Part shown: one piece after another, positions 26,891 to 38,398 of the stretch
How positions within the stretch are numbered: the stretch's first letter is position 1
Layout: each line of letters opens with the position of its first letter
DNA from: Parcubacteria bacterium C7867-007
GTDB lineage: Bacteria; Patescibacteriota; Minisyncoccia; Phycocordibacterales; Phycocordibacteraceae
DNA: 64,000 nucleotides
Reading direction: 5' to 3'
Assembly (NCBI GenBank): GCA_001189195.1
Contig: LFCQ01000006.1
Span: 56,841 to 120,840, forward strand
Made by a program: the position numbers and the translations under genes
Notes under the pieces: generated by a model
Database searches by the model: none
The model's input: only the letters and a program-made list of their open reading frames with translations
What the model was told of the DNA's origin: nothing

Positions 26891-29800
26891 TTAAGGAGTC
26901 TGTGTTTCAGAGAACTTTGCACGAACACTCTTTCCTGGCCAGCGGTAGTAGAGCATAGGGATGAGTACCAGAGTGAGAAGAAGAGAGAAGGCCAGACCGA
27001 ACATAATTGCAATTGCTAGCGGACCAAAGAATGCAGAGGAGAGTGCCAGTGGAAGCATACCCACTACGGTAACTACCGTTGTAAGAAGAATAGGACGAAG
27101 ACGCGTTGATGCGGCATCAATCACCACCTCTTCAAGCGTGTGATTTGGGTTCTCACGATGGATGCGTGCAATAGAGTCCATCAGAATAATGGCGTGGTTA
27201 ATGATCACCCCAGCCAAAGCAATCACTCCTAACATTGATGTGAGAGACAATGGTTGGTTCACAATGGCCAGACCAAAGAACACACCAATCAGTGACAGTG
27301 GGATGATAAGAAGGAGATAGAACGAGTGACGGAATGAGTTGAACTCAAGTACAAGAATCGCAAGCATAAGGGCTGCGCCTGCGATAAGGGCGAGGAACAT
27401 TTCTGTGAAGGACTGCGCGATATCCTCCGTGGCACCTCCTTGTTTCTTCACCACCCCCTTGCCAAGCATGTCGTCTGTAAAGCGCCTTTCGAATTCGTTT
27501 GTTACTTCAACCACGTTTGCCGTAGGTGCAACGTCTGCTGAAACAGTAGTGATGCGATCACCTGCCTCATGATTTATAGAAGACTGGGCTGATTCATACG
27601 TAATGGTTGCAATAGAGGAAAGGGGAACTGGACCCTTTGTTCCCACAACGGTGAGGTTACGAACGGCGTCGATAGTGGCATGTCGTGTTTCAGACGGATC
27701 TGCATAGGCAGGATTAAGATCAAGCTTGGTGAGTACTTCAATATCATCGGTACCTGTACGGATTGATGTTGCCTTGGTGCTAAATAGAGCAGTGCGCAGT
27801 GTATCTGCAACGGTAAGGGGTGATACTCCAAGCTCGGTTGCCTTAGCGCTATCAAGAGACACAACGAATTCAGCACTAGAATTCTTAGTACTTGAATTAA
27901 TATTCACCACACCAGGGATATCTGAAAGTATATGTGCCGCACGATCTGCGGTTGCACTAAGCTCATCTAAATCATCGCCAGAGAAAGTCACACTAACTGC
28001 TGAAGACGCAGGAGGACCGCCGGCAGGTTCACCCACCGTAACGAGTGCTGAGGTGATACCAGAGAACTCCTCACGCAGTTCTGTTACAAACCCTGCACTG
28101 GTTTGTGCATTGTTCTTAGGCATGTTCACCGTGATGTTTGCCACATTGCTTCCTGAACTTGGACCTGTGAAGCCACCCGCGAACAAACTACCTGAACCCA
28201 CCTCGCTAACGAACGATTCAACATTCTTATTTACATACAGAATCTCTTCTACCTCACGAACAGAAAGATCTGTTACAGCCAGATCAGTCCCTTGAGGCTT
28301 CTCAATCTGCACGTACACATAATCCATGTCCTCACTAGGGAAGAAGATTGACTTCACAATACCGGTTGCAGGAAGTGCCAGTGCTATGAAGAACAGTACG
28401 ATCATGCTGATAAGGAAGCGCTTCTGATCTTTCTTGTTGTGCAAGAACTTCTTAAGGAAGGCACGATACTTTTCATGCGCAACACGGTTGTAGTGCTCCT
28501 GCTTCTGTTCAAGGGGTGAGAGCTTTGCTTTCACGAAGAAGACTGAAAGGATTGGCACAAAACCAAGCGCTACGAAGATCGATGCAAGCAGTACGAAGAT
28601 AACGGTGAACGGAATAGAGAAGAGGAACTTGCCAATGATTCCAGAGAGGAAGAAGAGGGGTACGAACACCACAATTGTGGTGAATGTTCCTGCAATAAGT
28701 GGCCATGCGTATTCACGAATTGCGGCAATAGCTGCATCCATCTTTCTTCCATGCTTTAGCAGATGCGTATGATACGCCTCCACCATCACAATGCCGGAGT
28801 CCACAAGAATGCCGATTGCAAGAATAAGTGCGAAGAGCGACACGTTGTTAAGTGTGTTTCCAGAAGCTTGAAGACCGATGAACGCAATAAGGAAGGAAAG
28901 AGGGATGGATGCTGCAGCAACTAATGATTCACGCCACCCAAGAGTTATGAGAAGCACGAGCAGGACAAGAATAACGGTTTCAATACCCACACGTGAAAGC
29001 TCTACGAGACTTTTATTCACTTCCTCCGCACCGTTATACGAAACAACGATATCCGTACCCGTGAGGGTGGTCGCCTTTAGGTCCTCAAGTTTCTTCTCTA
29101 CGGCCTGCCCGGTTTGTACAATGTTGCCCCCACGAGACTTAAATATGGAAAGGGTTAGAGAAGGGTTTGCAGGTTCACCGTCTACCGATACTCGTGAATA
29201 GCTGGATGCGTCAGCAAGACCATCAACTACATCAGCGACATCACGCACGTGCAGTGCCACCCCACCAGGGCCGGCAATCGCAACACCCGCTACTTCGTCC
29301 GTAGTGGCAACACCTGATTCAAAACGTACGGCATAGTTCACACCATCAACGGTGATAGCTCCAGCAGGTGACGCAACACCTGCAGAACGTATAGCAGCCG
29401 TTACTTCTGAGAGGGAAAGATTGTACTGTTGAAGACGATCCGCTTTTACAATCACCTGTACCTCACGTGCGCGTACACCAGATACGGCTACCCGTGAGAC
29501 CCCAGGAACACGCTTCACTTCTTCAGATACTGTTTCGCTGAGCGCAGTCAGCTCGCTTGGTGCAAGGTTGCCAGAAACAGAAACGATAAGGATCGGTTGA
29601 TCAGCAAAGTTAACATCGGTAACAGTTGGTGCGAGCGCTTCGGTAGGAAGTTCGGGACGCACCTTATCAACTGCATCCTTTAAGAGTTGAATAGATTTAT
29701 CAATATCAGCATTTGCATCGAACTCAACAGATACACTTGATACTCCATCACCAGACGTGGAAGTGACTTTTGATACACGCTCAACACCCAGAACCCCACT

Positions 29801-30007
29801 TTCAATCTTGTCTGTGATAAGACGCTCTACGTCTGCAGACGATGCTCCGGGGAGGATGGTGGTGACAATACCCAAAGGGATCTTAATTTCGGGAGTCGAT
29901 TCCTTTGGAATAGCGTTCACGGCAAATAGCCCCGCCGCAAACAGCACGATCATGAGAAATACCGTGAAGTGTTGCTTGTGAAGGAAGAAGCTCCAGAATT
30001 TGGTCAT
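26891..30007 (-). CDS. RND-family efflux transporter permease (AcrB/AcrD/AcrF)
   Basis: 1038 aa; GILVD..I, RLRPILLT; 12-TM layout. Confidence 0.95.
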   Translation of the reverse strand: MTKFWSFFLHKQHFTVFLMIVLFAAGLFAVNAIPKESTPEIKIPLGIVTTILPGASSADVERLITDKIESGVLGVERVSKVTSTSGDGVSSVSVEFDANADIDKSIQLLKDAVDKVRPELPTEALAPTVTDVNFADQPILIVSVSGNLAPSELTALSETVSEEVKRVPGVSRVAVSGVRAREVQVIVKADRLQQYNLSLSEVTAAIRSAGVASPAGAITVDGVNYAVRFESGVATTDEVAGVAIAGPGGVALHVRDVADVVDGLADASSYSRVSVDGEPANPSLTLSIFKSRGGNIVQTGQAVEKKLEDLKATTLTGTDIVVSYNGAEEVNKSLVELSRVGIETVILVLLVLLITLGWRESLVAAASIPLSFLIAFIGLQASGNTLNNVSLFALILAIGILVDSGIVMVEAYHTHLLKHGRKMDAAIAAIREYAWPLIAGTFTTIVVFVPLFFLSGIIGKFLFSIPFTVIFVLLASIFVALGFVPILSVFFVKAKLSPLEQKQEHYNRVAHEKYRAFLKKFLHNKKDQKRFLISMIVLFFIALALPATGIVKSIFFPSEDMDYVYVQIEKPQGTDLAVTDLSVREVEEILYVNKNVESFVSEVGSGSLFAGGFTGPSSGSNVANITVNMPKNNAQTSAGFVTELREEFSGITSALVTVGEPAGGPPASSAVSVTFSGDDLDELSATADRAAHILSDIPGVVNINSSTKNSSAEFVVSLDSAKATELGVSPLTVADTLRTALFSTKATSIRTGTDDIEVLTKLDLNPAYADPSETRHATIDAVRNLTVVGTKGPVPLSSIATITYESAQSSINHEAGDRITTVSADVAPTANVVEVTNEFERRFTDDMLGKGVVKKQGGATEDIAQSFTEMFLALIAGAALMLAILVLEFNSFRHSFYLLLIIPLSLIGVFFGLAIVNQPLSLTSMLGVIALAGVIINHAIILMDSIARIHRENPNHTLEEVVIDAASTRLRPILLTTVVTVVGMLPLALSSAFFGPLAIAIMFGLAFSLLLTLVLIPMLYYRWPGKSVRAKFSETQTP

Positions 30008-30016
30008 GACGTGTGG

Positions 30017-31567
30017 CTAGAGAGTTGCTTCAGGAGCTACCTGTACTTTTTGTCCTTCTGCGAGTCCACGTGCATCGGTAACAATACGCATGTCAGTGGT
30101 GATACCACTCAGGATCTCAATACGATCACCACGCACGTCACCGATTTGCACCTGGTGCGCAACCAGACGACTTTCTTCACCAACCGTGAACACAATGCGT
30201 TGCTTTGCACTCAATTTCACACTTGCAAGCGGAAGGAGGATTGGACCAGCAACTACCGGTTCTGAAGGTGCTGCGGCAATAGCATCAGGGAAACTGATAC
30301 GTACGGACTGTCCGTTCACCACGTCTACCGCATCATCTGAAACCGCAACATGCACCTCAATCTGTTTGGTAACAGGGTCAAGAGCAGGAGCGATGGTGGT
30401 AATCACACCATCATACGTATCCTCTACACGAACCTTCATACCTGCAGAAATGTTTTCACGATCGCTTTCTGATACATAGGTAACAATCTCCAAGGTTCCG
30501 TTGTTTGCCACTGTCGCTACGTGCTGGAGCGTAGTTACGTAATCACCCACATGGATAGGGAGGAAGTTAACGGTTCCGCCAATCGGTGCACGTACATACG
30601 TCTTCTCAAGATTTGCCTGTGCAAGACGAAGTGTTCCAAGGGCAGACTTTACTCCTGCATCAACACTTGCTGTTGAGGTCGTGCGCTTTGCACGGTATGC
30701 CTCACGAGCACTTGCCACTGCAGCAATCAACGTATCAAGACTAGTGCGTGCTGAAGTGAGTGCTGCAATCTGGGCTGTCGTCTCACCCGAACCCTCACGA
30801 TTTGCCGCCTCAGAAATATCATTAAGGAGAGCGTCAATAGTATCTAGATCTGCCTGTGCTTCAGAGAGGAGGGTGTCTGGACTACGTGATTCAAGAGTTG
30901 AGAGTTGAGCACGACGAGCATCGAATGTATCTTCAATCCCATCACGTCGTCGGGACATCTGATCAAGAGGGACACGGCTTTCATTCAACAGGAAGCGAGG
31001 GCCGATTGGTGTGTTATCTCCATAGAATGCATCGAGATCAGTATGAAGGAGGCTATCTAGTGATGAATATACGGAGCGATAGGTATTGCGTACGGTTGCG
31101 GTTGCATCCGTAGGTGATACTGCGTTGCGTGAAGCAAGAGCAGATTCATATGCCCCCTGTGCTTGGAGTACCTGAGCACGCTCAGTTGCATTATCAAGTT
31201 CTGCAATCACCGTTCCTGCAGCAACAACGCTGCCAATCTTTGCACGAAGCGCACGTACCGTTCCTCCTGCCTGTGCAAGGAGATCTGCCTGAGTTACTGA
31301 GCGTACAGTACCTATGATACTTACCGAATCTCCTGTTCCACTAAGGCTCGCAACAGACTCCACTGTTACTGTCCGAAGCTGGTTCTCCTGAGTTGTTTTG
31401 TTTCCTGAGCGCGCAAGTGCAATGGCACCGAAAAGCAACGCAATGATCAGGGCTACTATTACAATCTGTTGCCAGCGCTTACGACCCTTAAACCAGGACC
31501 ATCCAGCAGCGACGCGAGTGCGCAGGCCTTTCATTGTTCGCTTTACCCACGTACTAAAAGGTTTCAT
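30017..31567 (-). CDS. RND periplasmic adaptor (MFP/HlyD family)
   Basis: TM anchor, lipoyl half-motifs (G..V.AG; RAPIGG.V), long helical hairpin. Confidence 0.88.
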   Translation of the reverse strand: MKPFSTWVKRTMKGLRTRVAAGWSWFKGRKRWQQIVIVALIIALLFGAIALARSGNKTTQENQLRTVTVESVASLSGTGDSVSIIGTVRSVTQADLLAQAGGTVRALRAKIGSVVAAGTVIAELDNATERAQVLQAQGAYESALASRNAVSPTDATATVRNTYRSVYSSLDSLLHTDLDAFYGDNTPIGPRFLLNESRVPLDQMSRRRDGIEDTFDARRAQLSTLESRSPDTLLSEAQADLDTIDALLNDISEAANREGSGETTAQIAALTSARTSLDTLIAAVASAREAYRAKRTTSTASVDAGVKSALGTLRLAQANLEKTYVRAPIGGTVNFLPIHVGDYVTTLQHVATVANNGTLEIVTYVSESDRENISAGMKVRVEDTYDGVITTIAPALDPVTKQIEVHVAVSDDAVDVVNGQSVRISFPDAIAAAPSEPVVAGPILLPLASVKLSAKQRIVFTVGEESRLVAHQVQIGDVRGDRIEILSGITTDMRIVTDARGLAEGQKVQVAPEATL

Positions 31568-31645
31568 ATTTTTACAGTAAATTCAAAGCAGTACTAAGTC
31601 AATTATGAGTATATCGGTACACGACCCCTCATACCTATTTAACTA

Positions 31646-32275
31646 ATGGAGCGTACACTAAAGAGTATGAAGAAAACCTATGTGATCTGCAGCGTTTTAC
31701 TATTTATATTGCTTGTCGCGTCTGCGCTATATGCGTTCCTGCACTTAAAATCAACACCCACGGAAGTAGTTGAAATAGATACTAATGTGAAAACATTCAC
31801 TGAACCCAGCAAAACGTTTCGGTTTATGTATCTGGATACATACATTCTTTCAAATACCGATACAGGGTATAGCACTGATTGGATGAACGGATCAGTTGAG
31901 ATGGGTCGTGTGCTTGCTCGTGTAACTATCCCAAAGAGCTTCCAGCCCAACACGAACTTCTCTGATGCCCGATTCACTGTTGGAACCAGTGCAGATCTCA
32001 CGGCACTGAAGAATTGTCTGGTTGGTGGAACCAATCAAGTGGATATAAACGGTACACCCTTTACCGTATTCATCATGGCAGATGCTGGGGCGGGGAATCG
32101 ATATGACACAACCAGCTACCGTACGGTGCGGAATGATCAGTGCTACGTTGTCGAATATACGATTCACTCCACCAATATAGGTAACTATCCACCTGAACTT
32201 GGGATAACTGAGTTCGATGAGGTCCAGATACAGTCCGCACTTGAGGCTATGGTGCATAGTTTCGCATTCCTTTAA
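31646..32275 (+). CDS. Hypothetical membrane-anchored protein
   Basis: N-terminal TM; DAGAGNRY...YR...CY motif. Confidence 0.75.
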   Translation: MERTLKSMKKTYVICSVLLFILLVASALYAFLHLKSTPTEVVEIDTNVKTFTEPSKTFRFMYLDTYILSNTDTGYSTDWMNGSVEMGRVLARVTIPKSFQPNTNFSDARFTVGTSADLTALKNCLVGGTNQVDINGTPFTVFIMADAGAGNRYDTTSYRTVRNDQCYVVEYTIHSTNIGNYPPELGITEFDEVQIQSALEAMVHSFAFL

Positions 32276-32284
32276 TATAGGTGT

Positions 32285-32923
32285 ATGAAACAACTATATT
32301 CATTCCTGATCGTTGGTGCGCTAATCGTTCTTGCGCAGCCTGTTTCTGCGGACACCCTTGCAGGCTGCCCGGTTCTATCACGTGATCTATCTATAGGTAT
32401 GACTGATAGCGCGACATTGATGGATGTGACGGCACTGCAGAAGTACCTCACTGATACCGGGTACCTAACTCCAGGAACGGCAAATGGTACCTTTGGTCCC
32501 AAAACACACGCCGCAGTACAAGCCTTTCAGCGTAAGAATGGACTCTCTGCACAGGGATACTTTGGTCCACGCAGTCGAGCAATACTTCAAACCCTTGGTT
32601 GTTCCTCTGTAGCAACGAACGACTCGCTCGCATTTGTTGCCCTCGATGTACCGGACAGCCTTTCGTTTGGTGAAAATGGTGTATGGATCCTACAATTCTC
32701 ACCTCGCTCTGTTGCACCAAACACTCTCGACTTTAACGCTGACTGGGGTGACGGTACTACCTCTTCGGGACCCATCGTAACGACCGCAGGTTCAGCAACC
32801 ACCACGGTTGCATACTTCAACCACAAGTATAAGAGGAGTGGTGGATATAAAACGACATTCACTATCGTGCCAGAGAAGGGTGATGTTGTTCGGGTACAGG
32901 GAAGTATTCGGGTTTCTCGTTAA
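32285..32923 (+). CDS. Peptidoglycan-binding domain protein with PKD-like domain
   Basis: DV.ALQ.YL, G.FGP.T.AAV..FQ; DWGDG and H.Y...G.Y. Confidence 0.85.
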   Translation: MKQLYSFLIVGALIVLAQPVSADTLAGCPVLSRDLSIGMTDSATLMDVTALQKYLTDTGYLTPGTANGTFGPKTHAAVQAFQRKNGLSAQGYFGPRSRAILQTLGCSSVATNDSLAFVALDVPDSLSFGENGVWILQFSPRSVAPNTLDFNADWGDGTTSSGPIVTTAGSATTTVAYFNHKYKRSGGYKTTFTIVPEKGDVVRVQGSIRVSR

Positions 32924-32978
32924 CCTGGAATTCATACCTCTCGTGTTTTCATACGGACGTTACCCATAACGATCCCGT

Positions 32979-33518
32979 ATGAAGAAATTTACCGTTGGCA
33001 TATTCGAGAACCGAGAGGATGCAGAGAAAGCAATCAACCGTACACATAATGAGTTGAATATCCCCACGAGTGATCTTTCATTCGTCTATCGCAATAGCGA
33101 AGGAGAAGTGAGAGAGGTACAGGCGGCGGACATTGCAACCTCTACACCCGCAGAAGGTGCAGGAAAAGGTGCTGCTGTAGGTGCAACCATTGGTGCTATT
33201 GCGGGGCTCGCTACCGTTGCTGGAGTGATTCCAGTAATTGGCCCACTCTTTGCAGCTGGTCCGCTTGCTGTGGCACTTGGTCTTACCGGTGCGGTTGGCG
33301 CCACTGCCGCAGCCGCCGCTACCGGTGCAATTGCCGGTGGTCTGATTGGTGCACTCACCAATCTTGGTGTGGGAGAAGAGAATGCCAAGCGCTATGCAGA
33401 TCGCGTGCAGGCAGGTGATGTGCTTGTTGCTGCATACGCAGAAGAAGAGGTTGATGTGCGCACACTCTTCCTAGATGCAGGTGCAATCGAAACAGAAGGA
33501 TACGCACTAAAAGTGTAA
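32979..33518 (+). CDS. General stress protein 17M-like / glycine-zipper membrane protein
   Basis: VG.F.....AE.A; IP.IGP..AAGP; GGL.GAL..LG..E..A..Y. Confidence 0.82.
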   Translation: MKKFTVGIFENREDAEKAINRTHNELNIPTSDLSFVYRNSEGEVREVQAADIATSTPAEGAGKGAAVGATIGAIAGLATVAGVIPVIGPLFAAGPLAVALGLTGAVGATAAAAATGAIAGGLIGALTNLGVGEENAKRYADRVQAGDVLVAAYAEEEVDVRTLFLDAGAIETEGYALKV

Positions 33519-33582
33519 CGAGGTTGAAAGAATTCGCAGTGGATCACGTCTGTATAGATACAGACGTTTTCACTTTTCTTTC

Positions 33583-33738
33583 ATGACCCTTCCTATATTG
33601 TATCGAGGTATGATGTACCGAACCGCAAACAGACACAGTGTCCGCTTTATTGTGCGTCGCCTAGCTCGTAAACTAAAGATCACCCTTAGTGAGTTGCTTT
33701 CTGACATTACTGCATCTGCAAGAAGTACGTTCGCATAA
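33583..33738 (+). CDS. Possible small protein (51 aa), HTH-fragment-like
   Basis: Read by hand; ...IVRRLARKLKITLSELLSD...; start uncertain. Confidence 0.35.
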   Translation: MTLPILYRGMMYRTANRHSVRFIVRRLARKLKITLSELLSDITASARSTFA

Positions 33739-33782
33739 TGCATCCACAGTTTGTGTGTATGCGTAGATGCTAAAATGCATTA

Positions 33783-34751
33783 ATGCCTACATGGGTGCGG
33801 GTGCTCCTTATTTCAATTGGGACAATTATCGTATGCGGACTTCTGTACGCATGGCTCTTTGGTCCTACGCAACCTACCGCCGCACGTGAGGAATTTCTGG
33901 TACAACCAGGTGAGACAACAGAGCAAGTTGCTTCCAATCTAAAAAACAAAGGGTATATACGTAGCAGTATTGCGTTCCGTCTTGCACTTATAGGCAAGGT
34001 GACTGATCGTGGTATTCGTCCAGGTGGCTATGAAATAGCACGAAGTATGGATACGCTATCTCTTGCAGACACTCTTACGCATCCTCCGTACCTTCGGTTT
34101 GTCACCTTCCCGCAAGGGGCACGAAAGGAGCAGATTGCAGATATTCTTGCAGAAGAATTATTTTGGACGGATGCACAGAAGCAGGAATGGATACAAGTAG
34201 ATACTGCCGCAAGTGGGACCCTCGCTGAGGGTGTGTACTATCCAGATACGTATCTGATTCCTTCAGATCAAGCACCAGCGCAGATTGCTGCGCGACTCAG
34301 AGGTCGATTCACTGATGTATTTGCTCCCTATGTACAGCAAGCGGAGGAAAAAGGGCTCGAGTGGAGTGATGTGTTAACTCTCGCATCTATTGTTGAACGT
34401 GAATCAGCAAAGAATGACCGACATCTTGTCGCGGGTATTCTGTGGAATCGCTTGAATGATGGTATGAAGCTACAGGCAGATGCAACGTTGCAATATGTGA
34501 AAGGAAAATCAGGGAACTGGTGGCCCGTACCAAAGAGTGAGGACAAGTATCTGGATTCGCCATTTAACACATACAAACATGTGGGACTTCCACCGCACCC
34601 CATTGCAAACCCAAGTCCCGAATCAGTGGCTGCAGTTCTGAACCCTGACAAAACTGACTGCATCTACTATCTCCATGATGAGGATCATGTGATCCATTGC
34701 TCCATTACATACGCAGGGCAGAAGAAGAATGTGCAGAAGTATTTAAAATAG
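33783..34751 (+). CDS. mltG: Endolytic transglycosylase MltG
   Basis: EG..YPDTY, LASIVERE, LQADAT, SPFNTY...GLPP.PI.NP. Confidence 0.94.
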   Translation: MPTWVRVLLISIGTIIVCGLLYAWLFGPTQPTAAREEFLVQPGETTEQVASNLKNKGYIRSSIAFRLALIGKVTDRGIRPGGYEIARSMDTLSLADTLTHPPYLRFVTFPQGARKEQIADILAEELFWTDAQKQEWIQVDTAASGTLAEGVYYPDTYLIPSDQAPAQIAARLRGRFTDVFAPYVQQAEEKGLEWSDVLTLASIVERESAKNDRHLVAGILWNRLNDGMKLQADATLQYVKGKSGNWWPVPKSEDKYLDSPFNTYKHVGLPPHPIANPSPESVAAVLNPDKTDCIYYLHDEDHVIHCSITYAGQKKNVQKYLK

Positions 34752-35402
34752 AGAAGCAATTGTTTTTGCCAGTGAAGGTGAAACAATAGTCGTTACCGAA
34801 TCATTCATGAATAGAGCAGTGGTGTCGTCAAAAATCACTAGAGAAGCGGCTGCATCTTTCTTTGTTTGAACATGCACGTTCACGCCCCGTTGCTTTGCAT
34901 CAGAAACACGTGAACCGTCCGCATCAAATCGCTTTAAGAATTCAGAAGAGGTTGCGAGTATGTAGCATTCCTTTGATCGTGGATAAAGAGCAAGGTCAAA
35001 CATAGTTTGCATATTCTTAGTACCCGCATAGCTTGTTACAACAATATCCTGGGTACTTGAGGGAGTGTGTGTGGCCAGTTCAGCAATCAACTTTTGAACA
35101 CCATCTTCTTTCTGTGCAAACTCCTCACGCTGACGATCGAGCCACCCTAAGAGACGGGCTGGAGGCTCCATATGGAAGTGAATCTTGCCGGTGCGGTGTT
35201 GTTCAGTTACCAATCCTTTTTCCGTTAGGGTGTGCAGCGCGTGATAGATGGTTGGACGCTTAATACCCGTTTCTTTTCCTAATTCCTGCACAGTGACGGC
35301 ATCATGCTGAATACCATACCTATATAGGTGTGCTTCGGTCTCGGTTAGTCCAACCTCCTCCAACAGGTTTTGGGTGCTTTTATCTGATCCAGCAGTACTC
35401 AT
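34743..35402 (-). CDS. TrmB-family transcriptional regulator
   Basis: GLTE.EA..Y, GI.RPT.Y..L..L..KGLV. Confidence 0.85.
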   Translation of the reverse strand: MSTAGSDKSTQNLLEEVGLTETEAHLYRYGIQHDAVTVQELGKETGIKRPTIYHALHTLTEKGLVTEQHRTGKIHFHMEPPARLLGWLDRQREEFAQKEDGVQKLIAELATHTPSSTQDIVVTSYAGTKNMQTMFDLALYPRSKECYILATSSEFLKRFDADGSRVSDAKQRGVNVHVQTKKDAAASLVIFDDTTALFMNDSVTTIVSPSLAKTIASLF

Positions 35403-35514
35403 GCGTGTACTAATTATAACTCTGTGTTGACACTTATTGACGCAAAGGCCTTTTAAAGGTATTTTAGAACTATCAGCCCGAGGGGCATTTTTATTTTCAA
35501 TCGCCACCCTTAGT

Positions 35515-37305
35515 ATGGAAATTCGTAACATCGCAATCATCGCACACGTGGACCACGGCAAGACCACGCTCACTGACGCTCTTATGCGCCAGACGGGTGC
35601 TGTTGCCGATGGTGTCTCCATGGACTCCAATAAGCTTGAGCAGGAGCGCGGTATCACAATCTACTCAAAGAACACCTCAATTGAGTACAAGGGAACCAAG
35701 ATCAACATTGTTGATACTCCCGGACACGCCGACTTCGGTTCAGAAGTGGAGCGTGTGCTTCGCTCAATCGATTCAGTGCTTCTTGTGGTGGACGCACAGG
35801 AAGGTCCGATGCCTCAGACTCGTTTCGTTCTTAAGAAGTCTCTTGAACTTGGTATCAAGCCAATCGTGGTACTCAACAAGATCGATAAGCCAGCCGCAGA
35901 TGCAGATCGCGCTGAAGAGCAGGTACTTGAACTCTTCCTTGAGCTCGGTGCTTCAGATGAACAAGCAGACTTCACCTCGGTGTATGCCATTGGTCGTGAA
36001 GGTGTTGCAATGAAGAAGCTAGAGGATCCTCGTGTGGACCTAACTCCGCTTCTCGATACCATTCTTGAACTCGTACCTCCTGCAACCACTCCAGAGGCGC
36101 TTGCAAAGCCGGCAAAGCTTCAGGCATTCAATCTTGCGTACGACAACTTCCTTGGCCGTCTTGCTATCTGTCGTGTATACGAAGGTGTTATAAAGGCGAA
36201 TGATAACGTAACAGTTAAGAAGCCCGATGGCTCTACCCGCACTGGCAAGCTCACCAAGATCTTCACCTTTAAAGGTATTGAGCGTAGCGACGTAGCAGAA
36301 GCACAGGCAGGAGACATTGTGATTGTTGCCGGTCTTCCAGACATTTTCATTGGTGAAACTATCACCATGGATCCAAATACTGAACCAATGACGGCTATCG
36401 CTATTGATGAACCAACCATCACTGTTAACTTCTTGGTTAACAACTCACCATTCGCTGGACGCGAGGGCAAGTATGTAACCAGTCGTCAGCTTCGTGAGTA
36501 TCTTGAACGCGAACTCGAAGTGAACGTTGGTCTTAAGATCGACTTCGTTTCGCCAGACTCATTCAAAGTATCTGGTCGTGGCGAACTTCACATCGCTATT
36601 CTTCTTGAGAACATGCGTCGTTCTGGCTATGAACTTCAGGTATCTCAGCCACAGGTAATTATCCGTGAGGAGGAGGGACAGAAGATGGAGCCATTCGAAG
36701 AGGTGATCATCGACACTCCAAGCGCATACCAGGGAGCTATTATCGAACGTCTCGGTACACGTGCATTCGTAATGCAGAATCTGGTGCAGCATGACGATTC
36801 AGTACGCCTCACCTTCGAAGGTCCAACACGTGGTCTTCTTGGATACCGCAACCAGTTTGTTATTGATACAAAGGGTGAAGGTATTCTTTCCTCTCGCGTT
36901 CTAGACTTCAAGCCATTTGCTGGTGAGATCAAGAAGCGTCAGGTTGGTTCAATGATCTCTATGGCAACCGGCAAAGCACTTGGTTATGCACTCTGGGCTA
37001 TGCAGGAGCGCGGCGTGCTCTACATCATCCCTGCTACAGAAGTGTATGAAGGTATGGTGGTGGGCAACACAAGCAAGGGAGAGGAAATGGTGGTTAACCC
37101 AACCAAGGGAAAGAACCTCACTAACGTTCGTTCTTCAGGTAACGATGAGGCAATCACGCTCGTACCTGCATACGAACTCTCTATCGAGCGTGGTCTAGAA
37201 GTGATGGCAGAGGATGAATACCTCGAGATCACTCCACAGAGCGTACGTCTCCGTAAGCAGCATCTCACTGAGAGTGCTCGTGCGAAGAATAAAGGGAAGG
37301 GATAA
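35515..37305 (+). CDS. typA: Translational GTPase TypA/BipA
   Basis: [40 protein letters not shown]. Confidence 0.97.
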   Translation: MEIRNIAIIAHVDHGKTTLTDALMRQTGAVADGVSMDSNKLEQERGITIYSKNTSIEYKGTKINIVDTPGHADFGSEVERVLRSIDSVLLVVDAQEGPMPQTRFVLKKSLELGIKPIVVLNKIDKPAADADRAEEQVLELFLELGASDEQADFTSVYAIGREGVAMKKLEDPRVDLTPLLDTILELVPPATTPEALAKPAKLQAFNLAYDNFLGRLAICRVYEGVIKANDNVTVKKPDGSTRTGKLTKIFTFKGIERSDVAEAQAGDIVIVAGLPDIFIGETITMDPNTEPMTAIAIDEPTITVNFLVNNSPFAGREGKYVTSRQLREYLERELEVNVGLKIDFVSPDSFKVSGRGELHIAILLENMRRSGYELQVSQPQVIIREEEGQKMEPFEEVIIDTPSAYQGAIIERLGTRAFVMQNLVQHDDSVRLTFEGPTRGLLGYRNQFVIDTKGEGILSSRVLDFKPFAGEIKKRQVGSMISMATGKALGYALWAMQERGVLYIIPATEVYEGMVVGNTSKGEEMVVNPTKGKNLTNVRSSGNDEAITLVPAYELSIERGLEVMAEDEYLEITPQSVRLRKQHLTESARAKNKGKG

Positions 37306-37407
37306 TAATTCCAATAAAAGAATGAGGGCGGCTCTCCGGAGCCGCCCTCATTCTTTCTTCAGCATACAAAGTGCATCATCTATGGATTAATCCATAAACC
37401 GCTATCC

Positions 37408-37557
37408 ATGCTCTATACCATTGCTGTCATTCTGCTTGTCCTTTGGGCTCTAGGTCTCCTCACGTCATTCACCCTAAACGGATTTATCCATCTCCTCATT
37501 GTGGCAGCGGTCGTACTTGTGTTGGTGCGCATCATTCAGGGGAGAAAGATTCTTTAG
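37408..37557 (+). CDS. lmo0937/DUF5670-family small membrane protein
   Basis: MLYTIAVILLVLWALG...GFIHLL...RIIQGRK, read by hand. Confidence 0.85.
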   Translation: MLYTIAVILLVLWALGLLTSFTLNGFIHLLIVAAVVLVLVRIIQGRKIL

Positions 37558-37604
37558 TTTGGTGAGTGTAAGAATACAGAACCTGTGAACGTCTACGGTA
37601 CAAT

Positions 37605-38183
37605 ATGGATATGAAAAAGATTGCCCTTGGATTGGTTCTAGGAATCGCGGTGCTTATTCTTGGATTCTTTGCTCTCAATTCATACATTTATAATGAGAAG
37701 CAGGGAGATCAAAATACTCCAACACAGATTCTTAGTTTTGAGGATTGTGAAAGGGCAGGGTATCCCGTGATGGAAAGCTATCCACGCCAGTGCCGGGTAC
37801 CTGATGGCAGGGTGTATGCAGAAGAAATTCTTGTATCTCCAACCTATCAAAACGCTTCTGCAAACCTTATTGTTGTGGACACGCCACAACCGGGATCTGT
37901 AACAGGGAAGGAGGTTGTGGTTAAGGGTAAGGCACGTGGGTATTGGTACTTTGAAGCATCCTTCCCTGTAGAACTCCGGGATGCTAATGGAAAGGTACTT
38001 CAAGTGCTTCCGGCACAAGCAATGGGTGAATGGATGACTGAAGAGTTTGTTCCATTCAGTATTACGCTTAAAGCGCCTCAGTCTTATATTGGTCCTGCAA
38101 CGCTTGTACTCATGAAAGACAATCCTTCGGGACTTCCTGAAAACGACGCATCGATCAGCATCCCCATAACGATCGAGTATTAA
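37605..38183 (+). CDS. Gmad2 Ig-like domain protein
   Basis: SF.DC..AG.PVMESYPRQC; G.ARG.WYFEASFP; KDNPSG. Confidence 0.85.
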   Translation: MDMKKIALGLVLGIAVLILGFFALNSYIYNEKQGDQNTPTQILSFEDCERAGYPVMESYPRQCRVPDGRVYAEEILVSPTYQNASANLIVVDTPQPGSVTGKEVVVKGKARGYWYFEASFPVELRDANGKVLQVLPAQAMGEWMTEEFVPFSITLKAPQSYIGPATLVLMKDNPSGLPENDASISIPITIEY

Positions 38184-38398
38184 ACAGAAAGAGCGCACAT
38201 TTGCGCTCTTTCTGTTTATTTGGCATACTGACCCCACAACCGTTTTCTAGTTTATTCGTCTTGAGAGGGTAAAAGCCACTGCTTAAGACCGGGTTCAATT
38301 GGTTTCCAAGGAACGACCCCGAAACTCTCGAGACGCTTGTTTTACTTCTCCGGCTCCATGCATAGGCGTTCCAGCCGGGACCCAAAACACAACAATAA

